Origin: Azolla caroliniana
Lineage: Eukaryota > Plantae > Polypodiophyta
Direction of reading: 5' to 3'
Length of the DNA stretch: 64,000 bases
Assembly (NCBI GenBank): GCA_043228905.1
Contig: JBHGNT010000008.1
Coordinates: forward strand, 10,788,001 to 10,852,000
Part shown: positions 61,088-64,000 of the stretch, piece after piece
How the letters are laid out: each line of letters starts with the position of its first letter
Position numbering within the stretch: position 1 is the stretch's first letter
Notes under the pieces: model-generated
Seen by the model: only the letters and a program-made list of their open reading frames with translations
What the model was told of the DNA's origin: nothing
The model's database searches: none
Made by a program: the position numbers and the translations under genes

Positions 61088-64000
61088 TGTAAGGGTTAGG
61101 AATGATGTCAATCGGGCTAAGGAATACTCAGGATTCACCCTAGTATTGGCCCTTTAGATGCAATAGTGAAACTATAGTAGAAAAGATAGAGAGAGAGCAG
61201 TAGCTGGAGGAGCTCACCTTTGAAGTGAGATCCAAAAGTTTTTAACTTGTGTTTTATAAGACGCATTTAGGGTTGGCCAAGTTCACACTGAACTTGGCCC
61301 AAAAATAACAAAAAAGTGGTTAGTGACTTTTGGCCTTTATAAATAGGCCTATACGCATGTACACACTATAAGGGGGTCATTTAGGGCCTTTACCGTAACA
61401 ACCTCCCACTTAAAGGCATAAATGACGCCTTTAAGCTACATGACTCCCACCATTTGTATGATGTGTGGACCTTTATCAATGTGATAAGGCCATCCACAAG
61501 CACTTCTCAAATGAAGTGATATAGCACATCAATATGTGTTGTGCGTGCATGAAACATAGCATTCTTTGCCAAACAGCATGGCACTCTAGCTATCACAACC
61601 AAGAATGGGTGCCTTTTCAGGCAAACCAAACTCACTGCATAGACGTGCTAACCATATTGCTTCCTTGGAGCCTCAATGGCTGAGATATATTCTGCCTCGG
61701 TAGTGGACAAAGCAACAACCTTTTGCAGCCTACTACACCATGATACAGCACCACCTGCAAGTGTGAATACATAGCCACTTGTGGATTTCCGTGTATCCAC
61801 ATCACCTGCCATGTCAGAGTCACAAAAACCCTTCAGCTCTAATGGGTCTTTTCCATAACAGAGGCATTTATTTTGTCCCTTTTAAGTACCTCATAATGGA
61901 CTTTACTGCATTCCAATGTGCCTTGCCCGGATTAGCCATGAATCGGCTTACAAATCCCACTACATAGGCAATATCAGATCTAGTAGCAACCATAGCATAC
62001 ATAAGTGAACCACAAGCTGAAGCATAAGGTACACCATACATGTCATTAATTGTTTCTTGTGTCTTAGGACAATCTTCCTTAGAGACTTTATCATATGGCT
62101 GTAATGGCACTCCACGAGGCTTTGCGTCAGCCATACAAAATCTGTCCAGCACCTTGTCAATGTATTTTTCTTGAGATAAATACAATGTATGGTGCTCTCT
62201 TTGTCTCCTAATTCTTACTCCAAGTAAATGTTCAGCTTCCCCAAGGTTTTTCATTGAAAATGCAGATTTCAGCTGCTTTTTAAGGACATCAACAATGCTC
62301 CTTTTCTTGGCAGCAATGAGCATATCATCTACATATAGTACAAGAATGATTGGGCTGCCACTTTCATCTCTTTTAGTATACAAACAGTGATCAGCACGGC
62401 TTCTTTTGTACCCATGTTTGAGCATAAAAGCGTCAAACTTTTTGTACCGTTGTCTAAACGCTTGTTTCAGCCCATACAAGCTTCTATTGAGCTTACATAC
62501 CAAATGTTCCTTTCCAGGAATAACAAAGCCCTTGGGTTGTTTCATGTAAAGCTCTTCATCAATGTCACCATGCAAAAAAGTTGTATGTACATCCATTTGG
62601 TCTAATTCCAAATCAAGTGCAGACACTATAGCAAATAGCACTCGCAAAGTGGTCGTTTTTACCACAGGAGAAAACACTTCCTGAAAATCTATGCCCTTCC
62701 TTAGTTTGAACATATCCTTTTGCAACCAGCCTTGCTTTATACTTGGGTTTGTCATCAACGGTCTTGATTTTATGTACCCATTTGTTAGGAATAGCTTTCC
62801 TTCCTTTGGGCAATTCAACCAAGTCCCAAGTATTATTTGAATGCAAAGCCTTAATCTCTTTCTGCATAGCAAGCTCCCACTTATTGTTGTGCTCAAATGC
62901 CTTTGCCTCTTTATATGTAAGAGGTTCTCCCTCATCGGTCAACATTATGTAGTGCAACGAGGGGTCAAATCTACTCACATTTCTTTTTATACGAGTAGAA
63001 CATCTCACCCAATGATCCATATTGTCAGGTAATGGATCAACATCAGGTGGCATGTCTAAATCATCATTGTTAGGCTGCTGTCCATTATTTTCAGCGCCAT
63101 TTTCAGCATTATTATTTGGTTGCCATCCCTAGGATCCTCATCTTGCTGTCCAACATCTTCTGGCTCCAAAACCACTGGATGATCAATATTTTCAGTCCTT
63201 TGTGGTGGATCCTGATGGTCAAAACTGGGTCTAACAGGTGGCTTGTCATGCTGAAATCTAACCCTTTTATGGTCATCTTTTGAGGCACAATTGTTTTGAA
63301 GCAGCCTTGCCTCATTGAAAACAACATCTCGGCTGCATATAACCTTCTTGAGCTGGGGTATCCAAATCCTATAACCCATTTCGCCTTCTTCACCATATCC
63401 CATGAAGAGGCCCTTAATGGACTTGGCATCAAGTTTGTTTCTCAGCTCAGGCCTTATATGTACAAAACCCTCGCAGCCAAAGACACGTAAGTGATCATAT
63501 GAAGCAGGTTTGCCAGACCAAACCTCTTCAGGGATGTCACCCTTCAAAGATGTGTGAGGGGATCTATTGCATACATGTACTGCAGTTTTGAGTGCCTCTC
63601 CCCAAAATCCATGAGGGAGATTAGCAGTGGACAGCATGCATCTCACTCTCTCACAAAGTGTCCTATTATATCGTTCAGCCACACCATTAGAAGAGGGGCT
63701 GTATGGAACAGTAAGCTCCCTCTAAATACCCAAAATTTCACAAAATATCTTGAATTCAGCACTTGTATACTCACCACCATTGTCCGTACGCAAACATTTC
63801 AGTTTTCTGCCTGTTTGGGTGGTTACAAATGCATAAAAACGCTTAAATGCAGCTAAGGCTTCATCCTTAGATTTAAGCAATTGAACCCAAATCTTTTTAG
63901 AGAAATCATCAACAAATGAGATAAAATACATTGCACCCCCCATAGATTTGGTGGGCATGTTACACACATCAGAATGAACAAGATCAAGTATACAAGACTT
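61088..64000 (-). mobile_element. Copia element L (3' LTR 61088-61400, PPT, RH, RT, INT), continuing beyond the window
   Basis: ORFs 61868-62935, 62613-63053, 63056-63682 and 63722-63967 with FVDD, RTDNGGEY, TWDLVELP, LYVDDML; TG...CA LTR followed by ACCTCCCACTT. Confidence 0.9.

Overview
This is eukaryotic DNA from a land plant with a large genome; a fern or other non-seed plant is a plausible inference from the TE types and the huge intron. About 90% of the window is a deep nest of decayed LTR retrotransposons. The Ty1/copia elements are a Tnt1/Tork-like group, an Ale-like group called the C-family here, and others, with tRNA-iMet PBSs where visible. The Ty3/gypsy elements are one group with a tRNA-Trp PBS and LPQG(A/G)TNS RT, and one with a putative tRNA-Arg PBS and a large extra ORF 3' of integrase. 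The only host gene is the last two coding exons of mitochondrial complex I subunit NDUFA13/GRIM-19 (minus strand, 56896-57207); its upstream intron is filled with TEs and runs off the window. Five observations stand out. (1) A 3.77-kb gypsy gag-PR-partial RT insertion (27701-31471) has a perfect 5-bp TSD but is bounded by 78-bp terminal INVERTED repeats, both being the U3 end of the LTR. (2) A copia element appears to span about 30 kb (23703-53941) with a 51-bp target duplication. (3) A conserved hairpin encloses the PPT/LTR junction of the C-family, next to a charged Pol tail lying between two PPTs. (4) A palindrome array with an exact 56-bp period lies in a non-coding LTR element. (5) A roughly 900-aa coiled-coil extra ORF follows a gypsy integrase. 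Element labels (A-Q, T) are mine. Boundaries were read by eye and lineage names are tentative.
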